From an uncultured Elusimicrobiales bacterium (lineage in GTDB: Bacteria > Elusimicrobiota > Elusimicrobia > Elusimicrobiales > Elusimicrobiaceae), in the NCBI GenBank assembly GCA_944325225.1, contig CALUZQ010000004.1:579-64578 (forward strand): 64,000 bases of DNA, read 5' to 3'. Position 1 is the first letter of the stretch; each line of letters opens with the position of its first letter. The translations under genes and the position numbers were made by a program. Of the stretch, positions 1 through 9,905 are shown in pieces. The notes beneath the pieces were generated by a model that did not search any database, had not been told where the DNA came from, and worked only from the letters and a program-made list of their open reading frames with translations.

Positions 1-669
1 ATTAAATACAAAAAAACCATTCTTATCATTACGCTGGCTTTCTTCTTGGGCAGTATCGTGTATTTAGGGGCCGACGCATACCGCCGCGGTAACTTCAGCA
101 ATACCGTAGCCCAGGTCGGTTCGGCCGATATCACTTACCGCGAACTTTACCGCGTAACCGAAGAACGCGCCCGGGTGCTTCGCAACCAAGGGGTGGATGT
201 GGACGAAAATATGCTCAAATTCCTGCAACAGCAGTTTTTGGCCGCGTTAATCAGCGAAGAAGTGTTAAACCAAGCCGCCCGGCAGGCCGGGTTGGAAGTG
301 TCGGACTATGAAGTGGCGTATGATATTCAAACTTCGCCGATTTTCTCCCAAAACGGACAGTTTAACAAAACCGCTTATGAATATGCGTTAAAACGCGCGG
401 TGGGAATGACTCCGGCAGAGTTTGAAAAACAGCTGCGCAAAGGCAAATTGGCGGATCGTTTCCGCGGAGTGCTGTATTCTTACTATAAACTCACGCCGGA
501 AGAAATTAAATACGGTTATAAAATGCAGCACGGCAATTTGAAAAATTTTGACGAAAACAAAGCCGACTTCGCCGATCAGTTGCTGGATACTAAAATGGAA
601 ACCGCTCAACAAGGGTTCTTTGACCAGTTTAACAGTGAAGTGGAAATTAAAACTTTCTTACAGGATTAG
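1..669 (+). CDS. SurA N-terminal/PpiD-like periplasmic chaperone (5' partial)
   Basis: Frame is open from base 1 (IKYKKTILIITLAFFLG hydrophobic anchor). Helical SurA_N-like pattern LISEEVLNQAARQAGLEVSDYEV...F..GQFNKTAY. Confidence 0.7.
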   Translation: MKYKKTILIITLAFFLGSIVYLGADAYRRGNFSNTVAQVGSADITYRELYRVTEERARVLRNQGVDVDENMLKFLQQQFLAALISEEVLNQAARQAGLEVSDYEVAYDIQTSPIFSQNGQFNKTAYEYALKRAVGMTPAEFEKQLRKGKLADRFRGVLYSYYKLTPEEIKYGYKMQHGNLKNFDENKADFADQLLDTKMETAQQGFFDQFNSEVEIKTFLQD

Positions 670-672
670 TTT

Positions 673-1581
673 GTGAAAAACGAAGTATTAGTAGTAGGAT
701 CCGTCGCGTTTGATACGATTGAAAATGCCAACGGCAGCGTGCAGCGTGTGCTGGGCGGTGCCGCCAGCTATGCTTCTTTGTGTGCCAGTTATTTTGCCAA
801 GCCGTCGGTGGTGGCCGTGGTGGGAACGGATTTTTCCGACCGGGACCGCGCTCCGTTCGTCCGCCGCGGGGTTGATTTGGAAGGATTGCAAATCAAAGAA
901 GGAAAAACTTTTCATTGGGGGGGCTGTTATGATAAGGATTTCAATACGGCCGTTACCCGGTTTACCGAATTGAATGTTTTTCAGGATTTTAATCCGGTCT
1001 TAACCGAACGCCAAAAAAAAGCCAAAGCCGTTTTCCTGGCGAATATAGATCCGGAATTGCAGCTGGCTGTTTTGAATCAAGTGAAAAATCCAAAAATTGT
1101 AGCGTGCGATACGATGAATTATTGGATTTCGTCCAAAAAAGAAACCCTGCTGGAAGTTATCAAGCGGATTGATGTGCTGTTTTTAAACGAAAGTGAAGCC
1201 CGCCAACTGACGGGAGAATATAACCTGATTAAAGCGGGCCGGCTTTTATTGGAACAAGGGGTAAAATATGTAGTAATTAAGCTGGGTTCCAACGGGGCCA
1301 TGCTGGTAAGCCGTGTGGGAATTGCCCAACTGCCGCCTTATATTTTGGAACATGTGCACGATACTACCGGCGCCGGCGATACTTTCGGCGGCGGTTTTAC
1401 CGGGTATTTGGCCAGTTTGCGCAAGTGGGACCGGCTGACCGCCATTAAGCGCGCTATGATGATTGGCAATGTGATGGCTTCGTTTACGATAGAGTCTTTT
1501 AGTGTGGACCGGCTGGCCGGGCTGACGCAGACGGATATTGATAAACGCTTGAAAGAATATACTTCTATGCTGAAATTCTAA
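673..1581 (+). CDS. PfkB family carbohydrate/nucleoside kinase
   Basis: N-terminal VVGSVAFD, GGAASY and C-terminal PfkB signature DTTGAGDTFGGG. Confidence 0.9.
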   Translation: MKNEVLVVGSVAFDTIENANGSVQRVLGGAASYASLCASYFAKPSVVAVVGTDFSDRDRAPFVRRGVDLEGLQIKEGKTFHWGGCYDKDFNTAVTRFTELNVFQDFNPVLTERQKKAKAVFLANIDPELQLAVLNQVKNPKIVACDTMNYWISSKKETLLEVIKRIDVLFLNESEARQLTGEYNLIKAGRLLLEQGVKYVVIKLGSNGAMLVSRVGIAQLPPYILEHVHDTTGAGDTFGGGFTGYLASLRKWDRLTAIKRAMMIGNVMASFTIESFSVDRLAGLTQTDIDKRLKEYTSMLKF

Positions 1582-1688
1582 TAAAATTATTCTGCCGGGA
1601 CGCCAGTCCCTCGGGTAGTGCGGACCGAAAAGCCAGAAAGAATTTTATTTTAACTAAAAATTTGCTAGAATAAATAAGTAGTCGTTAT

Positions 1689-1772
1689 GCCGGGGTGCTG
1701 GAATTGGTATACAGGATGGTCTCAAAAACCATTGCCCTTTCGGGCTTAAGGGTTCAAGTCCCTTCCCCGGTA
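1689..1772 (+). tRNA. tRNA-Leu (CAA)
   Basis: Acceptor stem GCCGGGG/CCCCGGT, anticodon arm ATGGT-CTCAAAA-ACCAT, long variable arm, GGTTCAAGTCC T-arm; CCA not encoded. Confidence 0.95.
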
Positions 1773-1786
1773 AGATTTAAAACATT

Positions 1787-1816
1787 AAACCCTTTGACTG
1801 GTTTGTCAAAGGGTTT
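1787..1816 (+). terminator. Rho-independent terminator after tRNA-Leu
   Basis: AAACCCTTTGAC / GTCAAAGGGTTT inverted repeat followed by T-rich tract. Confidence 0.75.
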
Positions 1817-1909
1817 TGCTTTTTATAAAGGAGCGGAAAATTTTTAATTGGAAGTTGCTGTAAAATCGGAAAAAATATATAATTTTCTATCTTATAGTAA
1901 GGAGATAGT

Positions 1910-2704
1910 ATGAAAAGAATACTGGTTGCACTTGCGTTGTGCCTGCTGGCTTTACCCAGTTTTGCTCAGCTTTCGGCAACGGATCCCTTTTTTATGTTGC
2001 AAAAAGAAGCGATGTTGTTGGATAGCGAATTGTCCTATAACAACAATTATCAAGGCGGGGACGGGGCTAAACAGTGGCTGTTGAAAGAAACTTTCCGCTA
2101 CGGGCTGGACCCGCGCTGGGAAGTGTATGGTTCGCTGGGATTGGCTAACTTGAAAATGGACGGCGGCTACAGCGAAACGGCTTTGACGGACCCGGATTTC
2201 GGGGTGAAATATCGGGCTTCGGAGAATTTGGCCAACCGCGATTTATTGTTGGATTTAAGCGCTCATTTCAGCCCTTCGCTGTTTGATTCTCCGTGGGATA
2301 ACCATCCGGACGGGGTAGCCAAAGGTTCTACTGATTTCGGTGTACAAGCGATGGTCGGGCGCGAAGCCCGTTCTTACGAAGAATGGACTTGGGGCGGTTT
2401 CGCCGCGATTGATTTCATCGGCAGTACCGATCAAGGAAAGAGCGCCACGGATTTTTATTTAGGCGGAGTGGGTAAATACTATATGGACGATTTAAACTCC
2501 ATTGATGCCCAAGCCAGTCTGGGGTTCTTAGGCAAACGGTTTTCTGGGGGGGACAGCGATACCACCCTGCGCCTGGCCGGCGGTTACAGCCGGGTAATGG
2601 CTCCCGATTTGGATTTAAGCGGTTTATTGGGTTTTGCCACCCACAGTGCAGATGGTTCCAAAACCGAAATCTTCCTGGCGGCTCGCTTACGCTGGCGGAT
2701 TTAA
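1910..2704 (+). CDS. Putative outer-membrane beta-barrel protein
   Basis: Sec signal peptide (MKRILVALALCLLALPSFA) and alternating amphipathic Gly/aromatic-rich strands. Confidence 0.6.
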   Translation: MKRILVALALCLLALPSFAQLSATDPFFMLQKEAMLLDSELSYNNNYQGGDGAKQWLLKETFRYGLDPRWEVYGSLGLANLKMDGGYSETALTDPDFGVKYRASENLANRDLLLDLSAHFSPSLFDSPWDNHPDGVAKGSTDFGVQAMVGREARSYEEWTWGGFAAIDFIGSTDQGKSATDFYLGGVGKYYMDDLNSIDAQASLGFLGKRFSGGDSDTTLRLAGGYSRVMAPDLDLSGLLGFATHSADGSKTEIFLAARLRWRI

Positions 2705-2722
2705 TTGCAATAACGAACAACC

Positions 2723-2751
2723 AATATCCCCCGGATTTTCCGGGGGATATT
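2723..2751. terminator. Bidirectional terminator between convergent genes
   Basis: AATATCCCCCGG-ATTTT-CCGGGGGATATT. Confidence 0.75.
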
Positions 2752-2768
2752 TATTTTAGGGGTTTGTG

Positions 2769-3707
2769 TTATTTTTGTAATTTTTGCTGCAATAGATGCT
2801 GAAAAATTTGAGTATAGAAATCCGATTTTTGATATGGCGCTAAATGGGTGTCCGGCCGGAAAAAAGAAAGAATTTCCTGGTAGGATTTACCCTGCCGGGC
2901 CATTTTCATCATTGTTTCCTGGCAGATAACGCCTTTGGGCAGCGGCTGTGCGGCGCAAGTATTATATTGCACGCGGGCCAATTTATTATTTTTCAGCAGC
3001 ACTTCGTCGGCTGTTTCTTTTACGGCCTGGCGGACCAATGCGTTTGGAGGTTCCCGGTCGTTGGCGCGTTTGCGGCAGTTGTAGGCCTGGTCAACCGGGG
3101 TGGCGAACAGCTGGAAATAGGCCCAGTTTTGATTGCCTTTTTCCAAGGCCAATAGCCGCAGTTGGGTAATGTACAGGGCAAAAGTGCGCACCAATACGCT
3201 CTGGGCTTTAAGAGCGGCTAAGGTCTTTTCGCCGCCTAATTCACAATTGACAACTTGGGTTACATATTCGTCCAGCGTTACGCTTTCCACCACATTGACG
3301 CCGCTTTTGGCAAATAGCGTCAGCGGCCCGCTGTAAGTAATATCGCCACCGTAGGTGGGTTGGCGAAAAGTAACAAATTTCGGGAGAGGGGAATTCTCCT
3401 CAGCAGCCGGACGGACGGCTGTGGGTTTAATTTCTATGGCCGCGGAGAAAACACCTAGTTTTTGGGGTTGCTCATTGGCTGATTTGGATACGAAAAGAGC
3501 CACTCCCCCGGCCACCGTTTTTGCCGTCAGCCGATCTTGCACAGTAAGTGACGCGCGGGCCTTCCCTTCCGAAAATACGGTATAGGGCTGCCAAAAAGAG
3601 AAATGAACTTCGGGCGCGCGCCGCAGAATCAACACATTTAAGCCACTGCCGTAAAGCAACCCCGGCCCGAGCCCTAAAATCAGCAGACTGATAAGATACT
3701 TGCGCAT
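2769..3707 (-). CDS. SpoIID/LytB-domain protein (lytic transglycosylase-like)
   Basis: Signal peptide; YVTQVVNCE..ALKAQSVLVRTFA and MARQGKSYQEIL SpoIID-type motifs. Confidence 0.8.
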   Translation of the reverse strand: MRKYLISLLILGLGPGLLYGSGLNVLILRRAPEVHFSFWQPYTVFSEGKARASLTVQDRLTAKTVAGGVALFVSKSANEQPQKLGVFSAAIEIKPTAVRPAAEENSPLPKFVTFRQPTYGGDITYSGPLTLFAKSGVNVVESVTLDEYVTQVVNCELGGEKTLAALKAQSVLVRTFALYITQLRLLALEKGNQNWAYFQLFATPVDQAYNCRKRANDREPPNALVRQAVKETADEVLLKNNKLARVQYNTCAAQPLPKGVICQETMMKMARQGKSYQEILSFFRPDTHLAPYQKSDFYTQIFQHLLQQKLQK

Positions 3708-3944
3708 ATATATAGTATATATCCTATATAGGGGTAAGCCAAGGGTCTTTAGGCCCAGTTACACCTGGGTCCCGGAAAAGGCAGGAAACTCCGTGCGGCG
3801 TTGCCGCGGTCGGTTTGACAGCGGGTGACAGGCGGAACCGGGAAGAAAGACGGGGCGGCTTCGGACGGACTTTCGGATTTAACGCTGCAAAATAACTGTA
3901 TTGCATTATTTATGCCGGGGAAGCATCTTGTTACAATATTACAT

Positions 3945-4556
3945 ATGAAGCGTTTGCTGGTTGTTATCGGTTGGGTCATTTTTTCTTGTTGTCCTTCTTT
4001 TGGTCAAATTTACCGCGCTCAGGAATATCACACAGAAGAAAAATCCTTGGCAAATTTTCCCCGGTGGGAAGCGGCGCTGTCGGCGGCGGCTTCCACTTTA
4101 TCCATGCAGGACTTTAACGGGAAAACGGTTTCCTCGGGCGAGTGGAGTGCCGGAGCCCAGGTGCTGTATTCTGTGACCCGTTGGTTTTCTTTCGGGCCCG
4201 AAGGGAAAGTATTGTTTCCGGGGCAATCGTCCGGTGCTTTTAAATTTCATCAAGGATTTCGTTTGGGAGCGGCTGCTAAGTTTACCCTTACGCCGCGCAG
4301 CAGTACCCGTGTCTATATGTTGTTAGGGGCGGGGCAGGTGTCGCGGGAAATATTGTATGTGCAGAAATTTAAAAGGTCGTCGGACTCTCTTTACTTGTCG
4401 GCGGGAATGGGCCTGGAGACGGATCTAAACGATTGGTGGTTTATCGGGGCAGAAGTGCTGGCGGTTTATGAGAAAGATCCCCAAATATCCTCTTTCTTTT
4501 ATGCGTCGCATCATTGGTCGGCCGGCGTGCAGCTTCGCAGCGGCGTACGGTTTTAG
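3945..4556 (+). CDS. Outer-membrane beta-barrel protein (OmpA-like 8-stranded)
   Basis: Start reassigned to ATG 3945 (MKRLLVVIGW signal peptide); beta-strand pattern; C-terminal Phe (GVRF). Confidence 0.7.
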   Translation: MKRLLVVIGWVIFSCCPSFGQIYRAQEYHTEEKSLANFPRWEAALSAAASTLSMQDFNGKTVSSGEWSAGAQVLYSVTRWFSFGPEGKVLFPGQSSGAFKFHQGFRLGAAAKFTLTPRSSTRVYMLLGAGQVSREILYVQKFKRSSDSLYLSAGMGLETDLNDWWFIGAEVLAVYEKDPQISSFFYASHHWSAGVQLRSGVRF

Positions 4557-4578
4557 CGGATGCCGCTTGCGGCGGATA

Positions 4579-6459
4579 TCAGTGAAAGGTTCGCCCCGGT
4601 TTTTGAAAAGCGTTTCGCCGGTTGGACTTCTTTTTAACCTCTGTTTTGACCCCGTAAAAATTTAAAATTCCTTCGTACAAGGCCTGTACCAGCGGGGCTC
4701 TGCCTTCGGGGGTTTTGGCCATTTCTTCTTGTTCGGGCAAAATAAGGTAAGCGTTCTCCACCAGGATACTGGGCATTTGCGGAATACGCGGAATGAACAG
4801 CACATCGTTGGCAATCATTCCGTTGTCCGGCAGGGGTACATAACGGGTAAAAGCGTCATAAACGGACTGGGCTAGCTGAAAACTGTGCGGATAATTGTAA
4901 TAGACCGAATAGCCGCGCGCGCGGGTGAGCGGATTGATGGTTTCCGGCAGGGCGTTGTAATGCAAGCTGACGAAAATATGCGCTTTTTCTTTTAAAGCCA
5001 GCTGATAACGGTTTTGCAAGCTCATGCGGTTATTTCCTTGGCGGGTCATAATCACAGTGGCGCCGGCTTTTTCCAGTAAGGGTTTGAGTTCTTGCGCCAA
5101 AGCCAGGTTGGCTTCGTATTCCAGGTAGCCGGTCGGGCCGACGGCGCCGTCGTAGGGAACGGATCGTTTGGGGCTGTGCCCGGCGTCTAACAGAATGCGG
5201 GCGCCTTTAAGCGGTTCTTTTTCCGTAGAGTGCAGAGCCGGCCGGTGCATGAGATCAATGATTAAATCGTTGCCGTTAAAATCGTAGGCGTGGCCCCAAA
5301 GGGCGGTGTCTTTTTTAAAGTAAATTTTAAAAAACAGCGTATCGCGGGCCGGTTGGGACCAGACGATATTGTCTATCAGCGGGCTGGTGGTGTCAAAACT
5401 GTAATTTTCGTCAAATCCTTCCGTGTAGTACAGGGTCAGTTCCAGCCGGTCGTTAAATTCGTGTATGCTGATGGGCATGCTTCTTTGGCCGGAAAAGATA
5501 AGCCGTGTTTTATCGGCCGAGGCGGCAGTTTTAAGCTGCGCAATGCGGTTGGGCGCATAGCCCGAAAAAAAGGCCGTTTTTAATTTATTCTCCTCCAGCC
5601 AGGCAGATTCATTTTCATTGAGGAAAATGCGGTACTGTCCATTCATGCGGCCGTTGATAAGGACTTCCCCATAAGCCCGGTAAAACGGGTATAAGTTTTC
5701 GCGCGGGGTGGGAATTTTGCGGAGTTTTACCCCGGGGGAAAGCACTTCCGCGCGGGTGAAGGGATCGTCCGGATCCAGCACTTTTATTCGGGCCGGCGCG
5801 GTAATTTTGGCTTCACTTCCGCCGGGGCCTTTTTCCATTTTATAAGTTACTTTGGCATTTCTCGGTTTTTGGTGGACATCAATCAAGTACTTTGCCCGGT
5901 ACATGCCGGGGGCCGATACATCTTCTTTCATCGGCACATTTTTGGCGTCTTTCAATCCGGACAGCGTAAAAGATACTTCCGCACCGGGCGTACCCCGTAC
6001 ATACAGCCCCACTACATCGCCCGGCAGCAGCTCGGTGGGGGTTTGCGGGAAAACTTCTTCCGGGTCAAATTCGGCCCGGGCGGAAAAGTCTTTAATATCC
6101 GCGCCGGGTACGAAAATCCGTCGGACGGCTTGTGCCGTTTGCTGGGGGGATTGGGCCGTCAGTACGAAGGTGAATTCTCCGCTTTGTACGGGTAAAAAAG
6201 CCAGAAAAGTACCGTTGGAGTGAACCGGTACTTCTTCGCCGTTGATATCCAGCGAAACGGGAGCCGGCAGGTTGATTTTTCCAAATAGAAAAATGTTGGC
6301 CGCGCCGCGCGTTACCGTCATTTTTTCATAGGGAAACTGTACCGTAATGGGGCTGGAACCGCTTTGCGCCGGCAAATAGGGTGCGGTGGGGAGATTTTCC
6401 CCCGGGGCCGGCAAGCAAAATAAGAAGAGAAAAAGCAGCAAAAAAAGGGTTCTTTTCAT
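4579..6459 (-). CDS. N-acetylmuramoyl-L-alanine amidase (Amidase_3) with N-terminal beta domains
   Basis: Signal peptide MKRTLFLLLF; ILLDAGH..E, FVSLHYNA, SILVENAY zinc-amidase motifs. Confidence 0.9.
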   Translation of the reverse strand: MKRTLFLLLFLFLFCLPAPGENLPTAPYLPAQSGSSPITVQFPYEKMTVTRGAANIFLFGKINLPAPVSLDINGEEVPVHSNGTFLAFLPVQSGEFTFVLTAQSPQQTAQAVRRIFVPGADIKDFSARAEFDPEEVFPQTPTELLPGDVVGLYVRGTPGAEVSFTLSGLKDAKNVPMKEDVSAPGMYRAKYLIDVHQKPRNAKVTYKMEKGPGGSEAKITAPARIKVLDPDDPFTRAEVLSPGVKLRKIPTPRENLYPFYRAYGEVLINGRMNGQYRIFLNENESAWLEENKLKTAFFSGYAPNRIAQLKTAASADKTRLIFSGQRSMPISIHEFNDRLELTLYYTEGFDENYSFDTTSPLIDNIVWSQPARDTLFFKIYFKKDTALWGHAYDFNGNDLIIDLMHRPALHSTEKEPLKGARILLDAGHSPKRSVPYDGAVGPTGYLEYEANLALAQELKPLLEKAGATVIMTRQGNNRMSLQNRYQLALKEKAHIFVSLHYNALPETINPLTRARGYSVYYNYPHSFQLAQSVYDAFTRYVPLPDNGMIANDVLFIPRIPQMPSILVENAYLILPEQEEMAKTPEGRAPLVQALYEGILNFYGVKTEVKKKSNRRNAFQKPGRTFH

Positions 6460-6484
6460 TCTTATAAAATGATAACATAATTCT

Positions 6485-7237
6485 ATGGTAAATTGCGCAG
6501 ATGTCATTCGCTTTTTGGATACTTATCTGAACATAGCCCAAATCCCCGATGCCAGCCGCAACGGCCTGCAAGTGGAAGGGACGCCGCGCGTCGGTAAAAT
6601 TGTGTTTGGCGTTTCGGCTTCCTTGGAGTTATTCCGCAAAGCCAAAGTGGCCGGGGCTGATTTGGTGGTGGTGCATCACGGCTTGTTGTGGGGCCAGGAA
6701 CAGCCGTTGACGGGTATGTTCCGCGAGCGGGTGGCGTTTTTGCTGAAGAACGATTTAAATTTAGCCGGATATCATCTGCCGCTGGATATGCACCCGGTGG
6801 TGGGGCACAATGCCTGTTTGATGCGTGCCCTGCGGGCTCAGCGGCTCAAACCGTTTGGGGAATATCACGGCAATCTAATCGGTTTTTCCGGGGTAATAGC
6901 CCCGACCGATTTGTCCACGGTTACCGGCGTGCTGGAAGCATATTGCGGCGCCAAAGCGCAAGTGCTGGCTTATGGGCCCAAACGCATTGAAACGGTGGGG
7001 GTTGTGAGCGGCGGGGCATACAGTATGATTCCGCAGGCCATCAGCCAACAGTTGGATTTGTATGTTACCGGGGCTTTGGACGAGCCGGCGCAGGAATGGT
7101 GCCGGGAAGGCAAGTTAAATTGCCTGGCGCTGGGGCATTATAATTCCGAAAAACCCGGTGTGCTGGCGCTGATGGAGTTGGTATCCAAGCGTTTTGAAGT
7201 GCAAACCGAATTTATTGATGTGGCAAATCCGCTTTAA
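6485..7237 (+). CDS. Nif3-like dinuclear metal centre hexameric protein (YbgI family)
   Basis: NGLQVEG, VVHHG, YHLPLD.HP, GHYNSE motifs. Confidence 0.92.
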   Translation: MVNCADVIRFLDTYLNIAQIPDASRNGLQVEGTPRVGKIVFGVSASLELFRKAKVAGADLVVVHHGLLWGQEQPLTGMFRERVAFLLKNDLNLAGYHLPLDMHPVVGHNACLMRALRAQRLKPFGEYHGNLIGFSGVIAPTDLSTVTGVLEAYCGAKAQVLAYGPKRIETVGVVSGGAYSMIPQAISQQLDLYVTGALDEPAQEWCREGKLNCLALGHYNSEKPGVLALMELVSKRFEVQTEFIDVANPL

Positions 7238-7257
7238 TTCGGCGGACGGAGGCAAAC

Positions 7258-8487
7258 ATGGAAAAAGAATTATTTAAAAAAATAGATTCCTATAAGCAAA
7301 CGGTCATTGATTTGCAAACCCATATGATTGGCTGTCCGGCGGTTTCTCCGCACAATGGAGGCGAAGGCGAAAATGCCAAAGCCGCGTATTTGCTGTCTGT
7401 CTTAAAACAGATGAAGTTTGATGAAATTTCTGTCATTAATATCAAAGACGCCAAGGCCAAAGACGGCGTGCGCCCCAATATCGTAGCCAAGTATTACGGG
7501 CAGAATAAAAAGAAAACCCTTTGGGTTATGGCGCATATGGACATCGTGCCGCCCGGGGATTTATCCCTGTGGAAAACCGACCCTTTTAAAGCCGTCGTAA
7601 AAGGCGATAAAATTTATGGCCGCGGCTCCGAAGATAACCAACAGGGGCTGATATCGGGTTTGCTGGCGGTAAAAGCCATGATGGACGGCGGTATCCGGCC
7701 GCCGTGCAATTATGCGCTCCTGCTGAATGCCGATGAAGAAATCGGCAGCACCTACGGTATTGACGCCATTCTTAAAAAACACGCCAAAACTTTTGCCAAA
7801 GACGACGCTTTCCTGGTGCCGGACGGCGGCAACCCCGAAGGTACCATGGTGGAAATTGCCGAGAAAAATATGCTGTGGGTTAAGTTTACCGTTTCCGGCA
7901 AACAGACGCACGCTTCCACTCCCGGCTGTGGGGTAAATGCCCACCGGGCGGCGGCACATTTGGTGGTAAAATTGGGCGAATTGTATAAAAAATTTAATAA
8001 GAAAGATAAACTGTTCGCTCCGGAAAGCGGAAGCACTTTTGAGCCGACCAAACGCGAAGCCAATGTGCCGAATGTAAATACCATTCCAGGAACCGATGTG
8101 TTTTATTTGGATTGCCGCGTCCTGCCTTGTTACAAAAATGCGGCGGTGCTGGCGGAAATTGCCAAAATAGCTAAATCCGTTGAAAAACAGCTGAAAGTAA
8201 AAATTAAAATAGAAGCCGTTATCAATGAAAGCTCTAAACCGACGGATAAAAATGCCGAAGTTGTGAAACTGACTCAAGCTGCGGTCAAAGCCGTTTATAA
8301 AAATACACCCCGTGCGATGGGGGTGGGCGGCGGTACCGTAGGCGCCTACTTGCGTAATGCGGGTTATCCGGCGGTGGTTTATTCCAAATTGGACGAATTG
8401 GCCCACCAGCCCAACGAGTATTCCAGCATCAAAAATACCTTGGGCGATGCCAAAGTGTTTGCGCTGATTTCGCTGAATTTTAAGTAG
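7258..8487 (+). CDS. M20 family metallo-hydrolase (DapE/ArgE-like)
   Basis: MAHMDIVP, GRGSEDN, ADEEIGS, HAS, AHQPNE M20 metal-binding motifs. Confidence 0.88.
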   Translation: MEKELFKKIDSYKQTVIDLQTHMIGCPAVSPHNGGEGENAKAAYLLSVLKQMKFDEISVINIKDAKAKDGVRPNIVAKYYGQNKKKTLWVMAHMDIVPPGDLSLWKTDPFKAVVKGDKIYGRGSEDNQQGLISGLLAVKAMMDGGIRPPCNYALLLNADEEIGSTYGIDAILKKHAKTFAKDDAFLVPDGGNPEGTMVEIAEKNMLWVKFTVSGKQTHASTPGCGVNAHRAAAHLVVKLGELYKKFNKKDKLFAPESGSTFEPTKREANVPNVNTIPGTDVFYLDCRVLPCYKNAAVLAEIAKIAKSVEKQLKVKIKIEAVINESSKPTDKNAEVVKLTQAAVKAVYKNTPRAMGVGGGTVGAYLRNAGYPAVVYSKLDELAHQPNEYSSIKNTLGDAKVFALISLNFK

Positions 8488-8495
8488 AGGTGCGT

Positions 8496-8912
8496 ATGAA
8501 AAAAGGATTTACGGTAACGGAAATTCTAATTACGGTAGTGGTGTTTGCCTTGCTGTTGGGGTTTACCGTGCCGAAATTCATGATTTTAGTGCATAAAGCA
8601 CAGGAAGGAAGCACGAAACATAAACTGGTTAAAGTGCGAAGCGCCATCGCCGCCTATTACGGCGAACACCAGGGCACTTATCCAACGGACGACTTGTCCA
8701 GCTTGGTGCCGGCTTATATAGAGAAAATTCCGCAGGCCACCGTGCCGGGCTATCCGCCTTCGGCTCATGTGTCGGTGGGAAATTATGAAGAGTGTTTCAC
8801 TAAAACCGGCGGCTGGGCGTATGTGAATGATCCGGCGGATCCGCGCTACGGCGACTTTTTTGTAAATACCGACCAAGAAGACAGCTACGGAAAGCCCTGG
8901 AATACGCATTGA
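8496..8912 (+). CDS. Type IV pilin / GspG-like pseudopilin
   Basis: Class III signal KKGF-TVTE followed by hydrophobic helix; adjacent to prepilin peptidase. Confidence 0.85.
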   Translation: MKKGFTVTEILITVVVFALLLGFTVPKFMILVHKAQEGSTKHKLVKVRSAIAAYYGEHQGTYPTDDLSSLVPAYIEKIPQATVPGYPPSAHVSVGNYEECFTKTGGWAYVNDPADPRYGDFFVNTDQEDSYGKPWNTH

Positions 8913-8971
8913 TTGCTCCCCCGCTTTTTGGGCGGGGGATTTTTATGTTTTAGTTGACTGTAAGGAGTGTT

Positions 8972-9754
8972 ATGGACGCCTTTGTATTGTGTTTTGCCGC
9001 TGTGTTCGGCTTGTTGTTTGGAAGTTTTTTAAATGTATGTATTTACCGCATTCCGCGGGAAAAATCCATCGTATGGCCGCCCTCTTCCTGCCCGGGGTGC
9101 GGGGCGCGCATTAAATGGTACGACAATATCCCGCTGTTTAGTTATCTGTGGCTGCGCGGCAAATGCCGGAATTGCAAACAGCCCATTTCTATCCAGTATC
9201 CGGTGGTAGAATTGCTGACGGGGTTGCTGACGCTGTTATTCGTTTGGCGGTTGGGGATCAGCGTGTGGACTTTTGTTGTGTTGTCGGCGGTGTATGCGCT
9301 GATTATACTGTCGGTCATTGATTTAGAAATAATGATTATTCCAGACCGCTTTTCCCTGGGGCTTATTGTACTGGGGCTGGTGTTTGCGTGGGCGAATCCT
9401 AATTTTTCCGGAGTGTGGTGGCAGAAAGAAGCAACTTCGCTGATTGGCGCGGCGGTGGGGCTGTTCGGCGTGCTGGCTATTGCGCTTTTGGGAACCTGGA
9501 TGTTTAAGAAAGAAGCCATGGGCGGCGGCGATGTGAAACTGATGGGCGGTGTCGGCGCGTTGATTGGCTGGGAAGGGGTGATTACTACGATTGTATTGGC
9601 TTCCTTTTTCGGGTTGGTTTATGCCGTATTTCTGATGATTTTTAAGGGGAAAAAAGGCAGCGATGCAATTCCTTTCGGACCGTTTTTAAGTTTGGGCGCT
9701 CTGATTAACTTATTCTATTTAATCAAACCCGCTATGTTGGTCATAGAATTTTAG
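8972..9754 (+). CDS. pilD: Prepilin peptidase (A24) / N-methyltransferase
   Basis: GSFLNVCIYR, CPGC...CRNC zinc motifs, MGGGDVKL, IPFGPFL; RBS AAGGAG before ATG 8972. Confidence 0.95.
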   Translation: MDAFVLCFAAVFGLLFGSFLNVCIYRIPREKSIVWPPSSCPGCGARIKWYDNIPLFSYLWLRGKCRNCKQPISIQYPVVELLTGLLTLLFVWRLGISVWTFVVLSAVYALIILSVIDLEIMIIPDRFSLGLIVLGLVFAWANPNFSGVWWQKEATSLIGAAVGLFGVLAIALLGTWMFKKEAMGGGDVKLMGGVGALIGWEGVITTIVLASFFGLVYAVFLMIFKGKKGSDAIPFGPFLSLGALINLFYLIKPAMLVIEF

Positions 9755-9769
9755 GCGGAACCCTTCTAT

Positions 9770-9900
9770 AAAAAACCCCGGCCATAACCGGGGTTTTTTA
9801 GGGGCAGAAAAGGCATAAGTACAGGGCAGAAGCCCGTTCCCGTTTCGGCGGCAACGGGGAATTCCTGCAGATAAAAACCCCCGGTCCAGCCGGGGGTTTT
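9770..9900. terminator. Two terminator hairpins between convergent pilD and rdgB
   Basis: AAAAAACCCCGG/CCGGGGTTTTTT (9770-9799) and AAAACCCCCGG/CCGGGGGTTTT (9874-9900). Confidence 0.75.
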
Positions 9901-9905
9901 AGCAA

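Noticed and set aside
1590-1650. Small structured element upstream of tRNA-Leu
   Set aside because: Only two short hairpins; no recognisable RNA family
3764-3845. SRP RNA-like (GGTCCCGGAA) and ZTP-riboswitch-like (GTGACAGGCGGAA) strings
   Set aside because: No GGAAGCAG helix-8 motif and no CCGCCTGG pseudoknot partner
7561-8406. 281-aa antisense ORF (and similar shadows such as 10741-11412, 12098-12760, 53468-53986)
   Set aside because: Antisense to well-supported genes, with no motifs; typical shadow ORFs from codon bias
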